The notes under the pieces were generated by a model. That model searched no databases. It saw only the letters and a program-made list of their open reading frames with translations, and was not told where the DNA came from. A stretch of 46,848 nucleotides of DNA, from assembly GCA_045807325.1 (NCBI GenBank), contig JBJMHP010000195.1:1-46848 (forward strand), given 5' to 3'. A program made the position numbers and the translations under genes. This stretch comes from Actinomycetes bacterium (GTDB lineage: Bacteria > Actinomycetota > CALGFH01). Positions 1 through 9,077 of this stretch are shown piece by piece. Each line of letters starts with the position of its first letter. The first letter of the stretch is position 1.

Positions 1-1
1 G

Positions 2-1153
2 GTCATCGACGCCAAGGCCAAGGCGCTCAAGGCGGCCGGGGAGGACGTGATCGGCTTCGGAGCCGGCGAGCCCGACTTCCCCACCCCCCGCCACATCGTG
101 GAGGCGGCCGTGGCCGCCTGCTCCGAGCCCCGCTACCACCACTACACTCCGGGGCCGGGCCTGCCCGAGCTGCGGGCGGCGATCGCGGCCAAGACGGCCC
201 GCGACTCCGGCCTGCGGGTCGAGCCGAGCCAGGTGCTGGTCACCAACGGCGGCAAGCACGCCCTGTACCAGGCGTTCACCACCCTGCTCGACCCGGGCGA
301 CGAGGTCCTGCTCCCCTCGCCCTACTGGGTCACCTACCCGGAGGCGATCTCGCTCTTCGGGGCCGACCCGGTGGTCGTGGAGACCGACAAGTCGACCGGC
401 TTCCGGGTCGGGGTCGAGCAGCTGGAGGCGGCCATCACCGACCGGACCAGGCTGCTGGTGTTCGTCTCCCCCTCCAACCCGACCGGGGCCGTCTACCCCA
501 GGGAGGAGGTGGAGGCCATCGGCCGCTGGGCGGCCGGCCGCGGACTGTGGGTGCTGACCGACGAGATCTACGAGCACCTGGTCTACGGCACGGCCGAGTT
601 CTCCTCCATGCCGGTGGTGGTGCCGGAGCTGTCCGACCGCTGCATGGTCGTCAACGGGGTGGCCAAGACCTACGCCATGACCGGCTGGCGGGTCGGCTGG
701 ATGATCGGCCCGCCCGACGTGGTCAAGGCGGCCATCAACCTCCAGAGCCACGCCACCTCGAACGTGGCCAACGTCTCCCAGGCGGCCGCCCTGGCCGCGG
801 TCTCCGGCGACCTGGTGGCCGTGGACGAGATGCGGGCCGCCTTCGACCGGCGGCGCCGCAAGATGGTGGAGCTGCTGCGGGCCATCCCGGGCGTCACCTG
901 CGTCGAGCCCGAGGGCGCCTTCTACGCCTTCCCGTCGGTGGAGGGGGTGCTGGGCCGGGAGCTGCGCGGCCGGCGCCCGGCCACCAGCATGGAGCTGGCC
1001 GACCTGATCCTGGAGGAGGCCAAGGTGGCGATCGTCCCCGGCGAGGCCTTCGGCGCCCCCGGGTATGCCCGCCTCTCCTACGCCCTGGGCGACGACGACC
1101 TGGTCGAGGGCGTCACCCGCATCGCCAAGCTGCTGGCCGAGTCGCGGCCCTAG
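2..1153 (+). CDS. aspC: Pyridoxal-phosphate-dependent aminotransferase class I/II (aspartate aminotransferase), 5' partial
   Basis: Frame is open from base 2 ([26 protein letters not shown]). Motifs SPSNPTG, DEIY, PLP-lysine segment [14 protein letters not shown] and EGAFY are present. Confidence 0.9.
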   Translation, partial: VIDAKAKALKAAGEDVIGFGAGEPDFPTPRHIVEAAVAACSEPRYHHYTPGPGLPELRAAIAAKTARDSGLRVEPSQVLVTNGGKHALYQAFTTLLDPGDEVLLPSPYWVTYPEAISLFGADPVVVETDKSTGFRVGVEQLEAAITDRTRLLVFVSPSNPTGAVYPREEVEAIGRWAAGRGLWVLTDEIYEHLVYGTAEFSSMPVVVPELSDRCMVVNGVAKTYAMTGWRVGWMIGPPDVVKAAINLQSHATSNVANVSQAAALAAVSGDLVAVDEMRAAFDRRRRKMVELLRAIPGVTCVEPEGAFYAFPSVEGVLGRELRGRRPATSMELADLILEEAKVAIVPGEAFGAPGYARLSYALGDDDLVEGVTRIAKLLAESRP

Positions 1154-1170
1154 GCCGGCCACGGGGCAGT

Positions 1171-1211
1171 TCCACAAGCAACTTGCACAAGCTGCTTGTG
1201 GATCCTACCCT
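1171..1211 (+). promoter_or_regulatory. Sigma-A-like promoter overlapped by palindromic operator(s), probably for the downstream MarR
   Basis: TTGCAC (1183-1188), N17, TACCCT (1206-1211), with ATG at 1218. Palindrome CACAAGC-T-GCTTGTG at 1186-1200, a degenerate copy at 1173-1187, and outer inverted repeat TCCACAAGCA/TGCTTGTGGA. Confidence 0.7.
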
Positions 1212-1217
1212 TGGAGC

Positions 1218-1664
1218 ATGCCCGACACCTCACCCGCGGACCCGCCGGCGCTGCGGCTGGCCATGGCCATCGCCCGGGTGCGGGCCCGCCTGCGGGAGAT
1301 CGACCGCTCCGGGTCGATGGGGCTCACCCTCTCGCAGCTGGGCATCCTCAACCGCCTGCGCCGCGACGGGCCGGCGACCGCGGCCTCCCTCGCCGCCGCC
1401 GAGCACGTCAGCCAGCAGGCGATCGCCCAGAGCCTCACCGGCCTGAAGCAGGCCGGGCTGGTCGAGTCGACGCCCGACCCCGCCGACCGGCGCAAGTGCC
1501 TGCTCGAGGTGACCGACGCCGGTCACGCCCTGATCGGGTCGATCCTCGCCTCCCGCAACGCCTGGCTGGTCCGGGCGGTCGAGCAGACCGTCGGCCCCGG
1601 CGAGCGGGACGCCCTCGACAGCGCGATCGCCCTGCTGGAACGGCTCGCCGACGCGCCGGCATGA
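1218..1664 (+). CDS. MarR-family transcriptional regulator
   Basis: LTLSQLGILNRL...LAAAEHVSQQAIAQSLTGLKQAGLVESTPDPADRRKCLLEVT winged-helix pattern. ATGA overlap with the next gene. Confidence 0.9.
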   Translation: MPDTSPADPPALRLAMAIARVRARLREIDRSGSMGLTLSQLGILNRLRRDGPATAASLAAAEHVSQQAIAQSLTGLKQAGLVESTPDPADRRKCLLEVTDAGHALIGSILASRNAWLVRAVEQTVGPGERDALDSAIALLERLADAPA

Positions 1665-2980
1665 GGCGGACGTTCCTGGCCCTGCGCAACCGGAACTTCC
1701 GGCTGTTCTTTGTCGGGCAGCTGATCTCCAACACCGGCAACTGGCTGACCAACGTCGCCCTCACCCTGCTGGTGCTCAAGCTCACCGGGAGCGGGCTGAG
1801 CGTCGGCGTCCTGGCCAGCTTCCAGTTCGGCCCGATCCTGCTGCTGTCGGCCTGGGCCGGGGCGGTCGCCGACCGGTCGGACAAGCGGCGCCTGCTGCTG
1901 GTGACCCAGAGCCTGGAGATGGCTCAGTCGGTCGGCCTGGCCGTCCTGGCCTTCCTCCCGCACCCACCGCTGGCCGGGTTGTACGCGCTCGCCGCCTGCG
2001 GGGGGATCCTGCTCGCCTTCGACAACCCGCTGCGGCGCTCGTTCGTGACCGAGATGGTCCGGGCCGAGGACCTTCCGAACGCCGTGGTGCTCTACAGCAC
2101 CATCGTCAACCTCTCCCGGCTCTTCGGGCCGGCGCTGGCCGGCCTGCTGGTGGTGACGGTCGGCTACGGCTGGTGCTTCACGATCGACGCCGGCTCGTAC
2201 CTGGCCGTGCTGGTCTGCCTGCTCCTGATGCGGCCGGGGGAGCTCCACCGGAGGCCGCCCGAGCCACGGGCCAAGGGTGCGGTACGGGAGGGGCTGCGCT
2301 ACCTGCGCTCGGTGCCGACCCTGTGGATCAGCTTCGCCATGCTGGGCGCGATCGGCACCCTCTCCTACAACTTCGGCGTCACCCTGCCGCTGTTCGTCAC
2401 CCGGGCGCTGGACAGCAGCGAGGGCACCTTCACGGTCCTGTACTCGGTCTTCAGCCTGGGCGCGGTGGTGGCCTCGCTGGTGGTCGCCCGCCGTGGGCTG
2501 GTGCGACTGCGGCACATCATCCTGGGGGCGGCGGCCCTCGGCCTGACCATGGTGCTGCTCGCGGCCACGCCGAACGTGGCCGCCGCGGTGCCGGTGGTCT
2601 TCCTGGTCGGGACGGCCAGCATCCTGTACCTGACCGCCACCACCGCGATCGTGCAGGTCGAGGCGAGACCGGAGATGCACGGCCGGGTCCTGTCGCTGCA
2701 GACGGTGGTGCTGATCGGGACCGTGCCCGTCGGCGGCCCCTTCCTCGGCTGGCTCGCCGACACCCTGGGCGGCCGGGCGCCGCTCGTGGCCGGCGGCGTC
2801 GTCAGCCTCCTGGCGGCCGTGTTCGGGTGGTGGGCGAGCCGCCGCTCAGCCGGGGCCGAGGTCGATCTCGATGACCGCCAGCGGCGTGGGGGGCTCGTCG
2901 CCGTCGGTGACCGTGAGGGTGAGGGTCCTCGCGCCCTCCGGTGGCGCCGGCCGAAAGCCGAGCTGATGGACACTGACTAG
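1661..2980 (+). CDS. MFS transporter (DHA3/MFS_3-like efflux)
   Basis: LRNRNFRLFFVGQLISNTGNW start, motif A GAVADRSDKRRLL, about 12 hydrophobic segments. The 3' tail overlaps the convergent gene. Confidence 0.88.
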   Translation: MRRTFLALRNRNFRLFFVGQLISNTGNWLTNVALTLLVLKLTGSGLSVGVLASFQFGPILLLSAWAGAVADRSDKRRLLLVTQSLEMAQSVGLAVLAFLPHPPLAGLYALAACGGILLAFDNPLRRSFVTEMVRAEDLPNAVVLYSTIVNLSRLFGPALAGLLVVTVGYGWCFTIDAGSYLAVLVCLLLMRPGELHRRPPEPRAKGAVREGLRYLRSVPTLWISFAMLGAIGTLSYNFGVTLPLFVTRALDSSEGTFTVLYSVFSLGAVVASLVVARRGLVRLRHIILGAAALGLTMVLLAATPNVAAAVPVVFLVGTASILYLTATTAIVQVEARPEMHGRVLSLQTVVLIGTVPVGGPFLGWLADTLGGRAPLVAGGVVSLLAAVFGWWASRRSAGAEVDLDDRQRRGGLVAVGDREGEGPRALRWRRPKAELMDTD

Positions 2981-3769
2981 GCTGCCGCGGCCGCTCGCCG
3001 CACCGGTCAGCACGTAGGCGGTGCCGGCGTCGTCGGCCACCCGCCAGTCGAGGTCGAGCGGACGCCGTGGCCCCATCGGCTCCTCGGCCAGCAGCGCGTA
3101 GCGCAGGTCGAGCCACCCCGACCAGAGCTCCAGCGAGATCAGCACCACCCGGAGGCCGTCCCCGCGGAAGACCTCGCGGGCCAGCGGCACCACCCGGACG
3201 AGCTCGGCCGGCTGGTCCTGGTAGACGCCGGGCCCGCCGACGGCCATGCCCGCGGTCATCTGCTGGCTCGGCCGGACCTGCCCGGGCGGCTGGCTGGTCC
3301 CCGCGGCGAGCTGCTCGGGCGGGGCCCCGCCGGCGTAGCCGGCCAGCACCTGGATCACCTGCTGGCGGACCCGCTCCTGGTCGGCGCCCAGCCTGACCAG
3401 GACCTCGGCGCCGACGCCCTGGCCCTCACGCAGGAGCCCGAGCAGGATGTGCTCGGTGCCGATGTAGTTGTGCCCGAGGGCCAGCGCCTCGCGTAGCGAC
3501 AGCTCCAGGACCTTCTTGGCCCTTGTGGTGAAGGGGATGTGCCCGGTGGGCGGGCTGTCCCCCTGGCCGATGGTCTGCCGCACCTCGTCCCGGACCGCCT
3601 CCAGCGAGATGCCGAGCTCGGTCAGGGCTCTGGCGGCGACGCCCTGCTCCTCGTGGACCAGCCCCAGCAGGATGTGCTCGGTGCCGATGTAGTCGTGGTT
3701 GAGGAGGCGGGCCTCCTCCTGAGCGAGGACGACGACCCGTCGGGCCCGGTCGGTGAAGCGCTCGAACAT
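2846..3769 (-). CDS. Clp N-terminal repeat domain protein without AAA+ modules (ClpC2/C3-like), with a C-terminal beta-rich domain
   Basis: MFERFTDRARRVVVLAQEEAR...YIGTEHILLGL twice, as in the ClpC1 N-terminal domain. No Walker A/B motifs. Confidence 0.85.
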   Translation of the reverse strand: MFERFTDRARRVVVLAQEEARLLNHDYIGTEHILLGLVHEEQGVAARALTELGISLEAVRDEVRQTIGQGDSPPTGHIPFTTRAKKVLELSLREALALGHNYIGTEHILLGLLREGQGVGAEVLVRLGADQERVRQQVIQVLAGYAGGAPPEQLAAGTSQPPGQVRPSQQMTAGMAVGGPGVYQDQPAELVRVVPLAREVFRGDGLRVVLISLELWSGWLDLRYALLAEEPMGPRRPLDLDWRVADDAGTAYVLTGAASGRGSLVSVHQLGFRPAPPEGARTLTLTVTDGDEPPTPLAVIEIDLGPG

Positions 3770-3820
3770 CGGCCACCGCCTTCCCTGCGCGCAACCCGCG
3801 CCAAGCCTACCCCTCGGCGA

Positions 3821-4873
3821 TCAGCGCCTGCGGGCGGCGTGACGCTCCACCGCCAGGTCGACCAGGCGGGCCACCAGGTCGGGGTAGGACAGCCCGGAGG
3901 CGGCCCAGAGCATGGGGAACATGCTCTTGGGGGTGAACCCGGGGATGGTGTTGACCTCGTTGAGCAGGACCCGCCCGGTGGCCTCCTCGTAGAAGAAGTC
4001 GACCCGGGCGAAGCCCTCGCAGTCCAGGGCCTGGAAGGCGCGCAGCGACAGCTCGCGCACCCGGTCCCTGACCGCGCCGGGGACGGGGGCCGGGATCTCC
4101 AGCTTCAGCGACTCGTCCAGGTACTTGGCCTCGAAGTCGTAGAACTCGTGGCCGGGGACGACCTCGCCGACCACGCTGGCCTCGGGGGCGTCGTTCCCCA
4201 GGACCCCGCACTCCAGCTCGCGGGCGACGACGCCCTGCTCGACCAGGGCCTTGGTGTCGTGGGCGAAGGCGTCGGCCAGGCCGGCGGCCAGCCCGTCCGG
4301 GGTCTTGACCTTGGAGATGCCGATGGAGGAGCCGAGCCGGGCCGGCTTGGTGAACACCGGGTAGGCGAGGCGCCCCCCCACCTCGGCGGCCACCCGGTCC
4401 GGGTCGGCCCGCCAGTCCCGCTCGGGCACGACCAGGTACGGCGCCTGGGGCAGGCCGGCCTGGGCCAGCACCACCTTGGCCATGACCTTGTCCATGGCCA
4501 GGGCCGAGGCGAGCACGCCGCTGCCCACATAGGGCAGGTCGGCCAGCTCGAACAGGCCCTGCACGGTGCCGTCCTCGCCGAAGGGCCCGTGCAGGATCGG
4601 GAACACCACGTCGACGCCACCGACACCCTGCTCGGGCCGGACCGCCAGCTCGGTCCCGGCCGCCTCGACCTCGGGGAGGGCACCGTCGGAGGCGGTCAGC
4701 TCAAGGGGCGACCGGTCGGGCAGCAGCCAGGCGCCGGCGCGGGTGATGGCGATCGGCACCACCTCGAAGCGGTCGGGGTCAAGGGCCTCCATGACCGAGC
4801 GGGCCGACACCACCGACACCTGGTGCTCGGCCGAGCGGCCGCCGTACAGGATGGCCAGGCGGATCCTTGGCAT
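3821..4873 (-). CDS. ddl: D-alanine--D-alanine ligase
   Basis: GGRSAEHQVS, HGPFGEDG, KPARLGSSIGI, FYDFEAKY and NEVNTIPGFT motifs. Confidence 0.96.
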   Translation of the reverse strand: MPRIRLAILYGGRSAEHQVSVVSARSVMEALDPDRFEVVPIAITRAGAWLLPDRSPLELTASDGALPEVEAAGTELAVRPEQGVGGVDVVFPILHGPFGEDGTVQGLFELADLPYVGSGVLASALAMDKVMAKVVLAQAGLPQAPYLVVPERDWRADPDRVAAEVGGRLAYPVFTKPARLGSSIGISKVKTPDGLAAGLADAFAHDTKALVEQGVVARELECGVLGNDAPEASVVGEVVPGHEFYDFEAKYLDESLKLEIPAPVPGAVRDRVRELSLRAFQALDCEGFARVDFFYEEATGRVLLNEVNTIPGFTPKSMFPMLWAASGLSYPDLVARLVDLAVERHAARRR

Positions 4874-4876
4874 GGG

Positions 4877-6052
4877 CTACGCCACCTCCAGGGCTCGGGT
4901 GAAGTCCTCGGCCAGATCGGCCGCGTCCTCGAGGCCGACCGAGACCCGCACCATGCCCTCGCCGATCCCGGCCGCGGCCAGGGCCTCGGGGCTGAACTGG
5001 CGGTGGGTCGTGGACGCGGGGTGGGAGACGAGCGTCTCGGTCGACCCCAGGGAGGCGGCCAGCTTGGCCACCCGGGTCGCCTCGATGAACCGGCGCCCGG
5101 CCTCCCGGCCGCCCTCCAGGTCGAAGCTGAGCATCCCCGGGTCGCCGTCCAGCAGCTTGGCGGCGAGCTGGGCCGTGGGGTGGCCGGGCAGGCCGGGCCA
5201 GTGGACGCGGGCCACCTTGGGGTGGGCGTCCAGGAGCTCGGCCACCACGCGGGCGTTGGCCCCGTGGGCCCGCATCCTCAACGAGAGGGTCTTGACCCCG
5301 CGCAGGACCAGCCAGGCGGCGAACGGGTCGGGGGAGGCGCCGAGCTCGATCATGGCCCGCCAGGCGGCGTGGTGGCGTTCCGGGTCGGCGAACAGGGCCA
5401 GGCCGCCGACCACGTCGCTGTGGCCGCCCAGGTACTTGGTGGCCGAGTGGACGACCACCGCCGCCCCGTGCTCGATCGGCCGGCACAGGTACGGCGAGGC
5501 CACGGTGTTGTCGACCACCAGGGGCAGGCCGGCCGCGGTGGCGGCCTCGGCCAGGGCGGGCAGGTCGGCCACGGTCAGGGTCGGGTTGGCGACCGTCTCG
5601 GCGTAGACGGCCCGGGTCGTCGGGCGCAGGGCGGCCCGGACGGCCTCCGGGTCGCCGGCGTCGACGAAGCTGACCTCGATGCCGAAGCGGGGGGCGGTGT
5701 GGGCCAGCAGCGAGTAGGTCCCGCCGTACAGGTCCCGCTGGGCGACCACGTGGTCCCCGGCCCCGGCCAGCGACAGCAGCACGGTGGCGATGGCGCCCAT
5801 GCCCGACGCGGTGGCCAGCCCCTCGGCCGCGCCCTCCAGGCTGGCCACGGTCGCCTCCAGCGCGGCCGTGGTCGGGTTCTCGTAGCGGGTGTAGACGTAG
5901 CCCTCGCGCGGCTGGTGCAGGGTGTGGGCGTAGTGCTCGGCGTCGTCGAACACGAAGGTCGAGGTCTGCCAGATCGGGGCGGCCAGGGGCGGCTCGGCCG
6001 GGAGCGGCAGGCGGCCGGCATGGATTGCGCGGGTGGCGAAGCCATCAGCCAT
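4877..6052 (-). CDS. PLP-dependent transsulfuration enzyme (cystathionine gamma-synthase/lyase or methionine gamma-lyase family)
   Basis: YTRYENPT, ASGMGAI, DNT, HSATKYLGGHSD and SLGSTETLVSHP motifs. Start inferred at MADGFATRAIHAG. Confidence 0.9.
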   Translation of the reverse strand: MADGFATRAIHAGRLPLPAEPPLAAPIWQTSTFVFDDAEHYAHTLHQPREGYVYTRYENPTTAALEATVASLEGAAEGLATASGMGAIATVLLSLAGAGDHVVAQRDLYGGTYSLLAHTAPRFGIEVSFVDAGDPEAVRAALRPTTRAVYAETVANPTLTVADLPALAEAATAAGLPLVVDNTVASPYLCRPIEHGAAVVVHSATKYLGGHSDVVGGLALFADPERHHAAWRAMIELGASPDPFAAWLVLRGVKTLSLRMRAHGANARVVAELLDAHPKVARVHWPGLPGHPTAQLAAKLLDGDPGMLSFDLEGGREAGRRFIEATRVAKLAASLGSTETLVSHPASTTHRQFSPEALAAAGIGEGMVRVSVGLEDAADLAEDFTRALEVA

Positions 6053-6566
6053 CGGAGTTCCTCTCGCCGTGGTCGGCAGGCAGGGTATCAACCGGGGGAC
6101 TGCCGCTTCGCTCCTTGAGCCCCCCGGACCCTCCGTCAACTCCCGCGGCGGCCCTGGCGCGGGCCAGGACCCGGGCCCGGAAGCGGTTGCCCTGGGCGGC
6201 GCCGCGGACGCCGCGGACCACCCGCACCCCGCCGTCGCGACCGACCAGCCGGGTGCGCCGGCCCGACACCTCGACGGCCGACAGCTCCCCGTAGCGGTAG
6301 CGGCGGGCCCCGCCGATGCCGTGCAGCACCACCGCCTCGTCGTCCAGCTCGGCCGCCAGGACCCGCGCCCGCAGCCAGGCCACGACCAGGCTGACCAGGC
6401 CCAGGACGGCCCAAAGGAGGCTGGCCACCGACAGCGACGCGGCCGCGCCCGGGCTCGACTCGGAGGCGACCAGCGAGCCGGCGAGCAGCGCCGAGGCCAG
6501 GGCGAGCTCGACCAGCCCGCTGACCAGCGCGTGGGTCACGCCCCCGGGCTGGAACCGCTCGGTCAT
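6045..6566 (-). CDS. Small membrane protein with a bacterial PH-like C-terminal part
   Basis: Two hydrophobic helices, then LDDEAVVLHG...RRYRYGELSAVEV. Start overlaps the plsC stop (ATGA). Confidence 0.6.
   Translation of the reverse strand: MTERFQPGGVTHALVSGLVELALASALLAGSLVASESSPGAAASLSVASLLWAVLGLVSLVVAWLRARVLAAELDDEAVVLHGIGGARRYRYGELSAVEVSGRRTRLVGRDGGVRVVRGVRGAAQGNRFRARVLARARAAAGVDGGSGGLKERSGSPPVDTLPADHGERNSDG
6088..6134 (+). repeat. Copy of a short GC-rich palindromic dispersed element
   Basis: CCGGGGG...CCCCCGGACCCTCC arms with internal CGCTTCGCTCCTTGAG, similar to the 7900-7950 copy. Confidence 0.55.
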
Positions 6567-7264
6567 GCCGGCCCGGCCGTCCCGCCCCGGTACCATTCGG
6601 GCGGCTCCCAGCCGGCCCTGGCCTCGGCGACCAGGCCGGCGATGGCGTCCATCACCTTGTCCTTGGCCTGGTTGACCTCGGTCAGGGAGGCGTCGGGGGC
6701 CAGGCCGAGGTCGATGGGCGGCCCGGCCCGCTCCACCACCCGGATGCCGCGCCGGAACGGCCCCAGCCTGCCCCGGGTGAAGAGCAGGTGGGCGCCCCAC
6801 TGGCCGACCGGCACGACCGGTGCCCCGGTGAGGGCGGCCAGCCGGGCGACCCCGTTCTTGGCCGCCATCGGGCTGAAGTCGGGGTTGCGGGTGGTGGTGC
6901 CCTCCGGGTAGATGGCCACCGCGGCCCCCTCGCGCATGGCCTCGACGGCGTGGACCAGGGCCTGGCCGGCCCCGCGGGTCTCGCGGTACACCGGGATCTG
7001 CCCGGCCCCGCGCAGGATCGCGCCCAGCAGCGGGTTGCGGAACAGCTCCGACTTGGCCAGGAACCGGACCTGCCGGCCGGCCGTGTCGATGAGCACCCCG
7101 AGGCACAGCGGGTCGAAGTAGGAGATGTGGTTGGCGGCGATGATCACCGGGCCCTGCTTGGGGATGTTGAGCAGACCCTGGCAGTCGAGCCGGACCCAGA
7201 AGCGGATCACCGGCGGCACGACGACCTTGGCCAGGGTGTAGACGGGGTACCGGCGGCTGGCCAT
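6563..7264 (-). CDS. plsC: Lysophospholipid acyltransferase (PlsC family)
   Basis: NHISYFD (HxxxxD), FLAKSELF and YPEGT motifs. Conserved position next to cofC. Confidence 0.88.
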   Translation of the reverse strand: MASRRYPVYTLAKVVVPPVIRFWVRLDCQGLLNIPKQGPVIIAANHISYFDPLCLGVLIDTAGRQVRFLAKSELFRNPLLGAILRGAGQIPVYRETRGAGQALVHAVEAMREGAAVAIYPEGTTTRNPDFSPMAAKNGVARLAALTGAPVVPVGQWGAHLLFTRGRLGPFRRGIRVVERAGPPIDLGLAPDASLTEVNQAKDKVMDAIAGLVAEARAGWEPPEWYRGGTAGPA

Positions 7265-7291
7265 GCTCGGCGCATAGTACCGTTGCCGGCG

Positions 7292-7933
7292 ATGCCTGTT
7301 CCCCTCGTCCCCGTGAAGGCCCTGGCCGAGGCCAAGGGCCGTCTCGCCCCCCAGGTCGGCCCGCTCCAGCGGCGGCTGCTGGCCATCGCCATGTTCGAGG
7401 ACGTGGTCGCCGCCCTCCAGGCGGTGCCGGCGCTCGAGGCCCCGGTGGTCGTCTCCCCCGACCGTGAGGTGTGGCGGCGCGCCGACGCCATGGGCTGCCG
7501 GGTGGTCGAGGAGCCGCCCGGGGCTGGCGACCTGAACGCCGCCCTGGCCGCGGCCGCGGGCAGCCTGGGCGATGGGTCGCCGCTGCTTGTGGTGGCGGCC
7601 GACCTGCCGCTGGCGTCGGCGGCCGGGCTGGAGCGGGTGCTGGAGGCGGCGGCCGGGGCGCCGGTGGCGGTGGTCCCCAGCCACGACGGCGGCGGCACCA
7701 ACGTGCTCGCCTGGCGCGACCCGGCGTCCTTCGCGCCCAGCTTCGGCCCCGACTCGGCGGCGCGCCACCTGGCCGTGCCCGGCGCCGTCCGGGTCGACGA
7801 GCCGGGCCTGTCGCTGGACGTCGACACCGTCGACGACCTCCGCCTGGCCGCCGGCCGCCTCGACCCGTCCTCGGTGACGGCCCGCCGCCTCCGGGACCTC
7901 GGGGGTCCGGGGCCTCATGGAGCGGAGCGATAG
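7292..7933 (+). CDS. cofC: 2-phospho-L-lactate/PEP guanylyltransferase (F420 biosynthesis)
   Basis: PVKALAEAKGRLA, ADLP, GGTNVL, FGPDSAARH and LDVDTVDDL motifs. Confidence 0.92.
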   Translation: MPVPLVPVKALAEAKGRLAPQVGPLQRRLLAIAMFEDVVAALQAVPALEAPVVVSPDREVWRRADAMGCRVVEEPPGAGDLNAALAAAAGSLGDGSPLLVVAADLPLASAAGLERVLEAAAGAPVAVVPSHDGGGTNVLAWRDPASFAPSFGPDSAARHLAVPGAVRVDEPGLSLDVDTVDDLRLAAGRLDPSSVTARRLRDLGGPGPHGAER

Positions 7934-7950
7934 GTCCCGGTGGAACGGGG
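7900..7950 (-). repeat. Copy of the short palindromic dispersed element; supplies the cofC stop codon
   Basis: Minus strand reads CCCCGTTCCACCGGGACCTATCGCTCCGCTCCATGAGGCCCCGGACCCCCG, with the same ends as the copies in metG and at 21.3 kb. Confidence 0.6.
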
Positions 7951-7990
7951 ATATGCTCCAGCCGCTGACCGGATCGACCGAGGAGGCGTG

Positions 7991-8209
7991 ATGCTGCAGG
8001 GCACCGTGAAGAGCTTCGACCCCGAGACCAGGGCGGCGGTCGTGCTCACCGACGCCCGCGTCGAGTACGACGTGCCCCCGGAGGCGTTCGGCGCCTCGGG
8101 GCTGCGCAAGCTCACCCTCGGCCAGCGGGTGAAGTTCCGGGTCGAGGGCGAGGGCGACGCCGCCCGCGTCACCTACGTGAACATCCTCACCCTGCCCGAC
8201 CCGGCCTGA
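7991..8209 (+). CDS. Cold-shock/OB-fold small protein
   Basis: MLQGTVKSFDPETRAAVVLTD...GLRKLTLGQRVKF, with RBS AGGAGG at 7981. Confidence 0.8.
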   Translation: MLQGTVKSFDPETRAAVVLTDARVEYDVPPEAFGASGLRKLTLGQRVKFRVEGEGDAARVTYVNILTLPDPA

Positions 8210-8226
8210 GCCGCCCCCCGGGAACG

Positions 8227-8254
8227 CCGAGGCCCCGCCACGGCGGGGCCTCGG
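8227..8254. terminator. GC-rich hairpin, probable bidirectional terminator between convergent genes
   Basis: Perfect inverted repeat CCGAGGCCCCGCC / GGCGGGGCCTCGG. Confidence 0.75.
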
Positions 8255-8266
8255 GTCCTGGCGGTG

Positions 8267-8746
8267 CTACTTCTTCTTGCCGCTCTTGGCCTTGCTCCGC
8301 GAGCTGGCCGCCTTGACGGTGCTCTTGGCGGCGCTGTTGCGCGACGTGGCCGCCCGGGTGGCGCCGGCCTTGGACGTCGAGGCCTTGCTGGCGCTGGCCC
8401 TGGACGCGCTGGCCCTGGCGGTGCTCGCCTTGGCGGTGGACTTGACCGGCGTGAGCTTGGGCGCGGTCGCCCGGCCGCTCACGACGTCCTTGAAGCCCTG
8501 CCCGGCGCGGAACCGCGGGACCTTGGTCGCCTTCACCTTGACCGGGTCGCCACTGCGCGGGTTGCGGGCGGTGCGGGCCTTGCGGTCCTGCCGCTCGAAG
8601 GTGCCGAAGCCGACCAGCGCAACGCGCTCGCCCTTCTTCACGGCGACCTGGGTGTGCTGGATCAGGCTGCCGAGCACCTTGTCGACGTCGGTGCGCGCGA
8701 CCGCGGTGTGCTTCTGGATCGCGTCGACGAGTTCCTTGCGGTTCAA
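8267..8746 (-). CDS. hup: HU-family DNA-binding protein with a Lys/Ala/Ser-rich histone-like tail (HupB/HupS type)
   Basis: TTG start after AAGGAGG. LNRKELVDAI...GFGTFE...RTARNPRSG...VPRFRAG, followed by a basic low-complexity tail. Confidence 0.93.
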   Translation of the reverse strand: MNRKELVDAIQKHTAVARTDVDKVLGSLIQHTQVAVKKGERVALVGFGTFERQDRKARTARNPRSGDPVKVKATKVPRFRAGQGFKDVVSGRATAPKLTPVKSTAKASTARASASRASASKASTSKAGATRAATSRNSAAKSTVKAASSRSKAKSGKKK

Positions 8747-9050
8747 GGGCGCCTCCTTGCCCAGTAAGGGGATTTCCCCCGTCGGGACCGGACCTCCATA
8801 GCCCCGTCCCCCTTCGGCCGAGCATCGTAAAGACGCGGATATCAAAGGTCAACAACCCTCGACGAACGTCAATCCGTTGCGGCACAACGGCATCATCGGC
8901 TCCCGAACGGAAAAGGTGAAGTGATCTCCTTGCCTGGCAACGATTCTGGCTCTGGCAGGCTGGAGCGGCTCGCCGGAATGCTTGGCATTTGTCCAGGTCC
9001 TGCCGCCGATCTTGCCACCCACCGTGGCGTGTGGGATCCTGCCCTTACCG

Positions 9051-9063
9051 TTGAAGGGCTCAA
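9051..9063 (+). promoter_or_regulatory. Possible MarR operator palindrome
   Basis: TTGA-AGGGC-TCAA directly upstream of the MarR start. Confidence 0.3.
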
Positions 9064-9077
9064 GTATCGGAGCGGCG

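Noticed and set aside
8760-9050. Lower-GC intergenic region as a possible ncRNA
   Set aside because: Adequately explained as divergent promoters for HU and MarR. No tRNA-like or clear stable structure seen.
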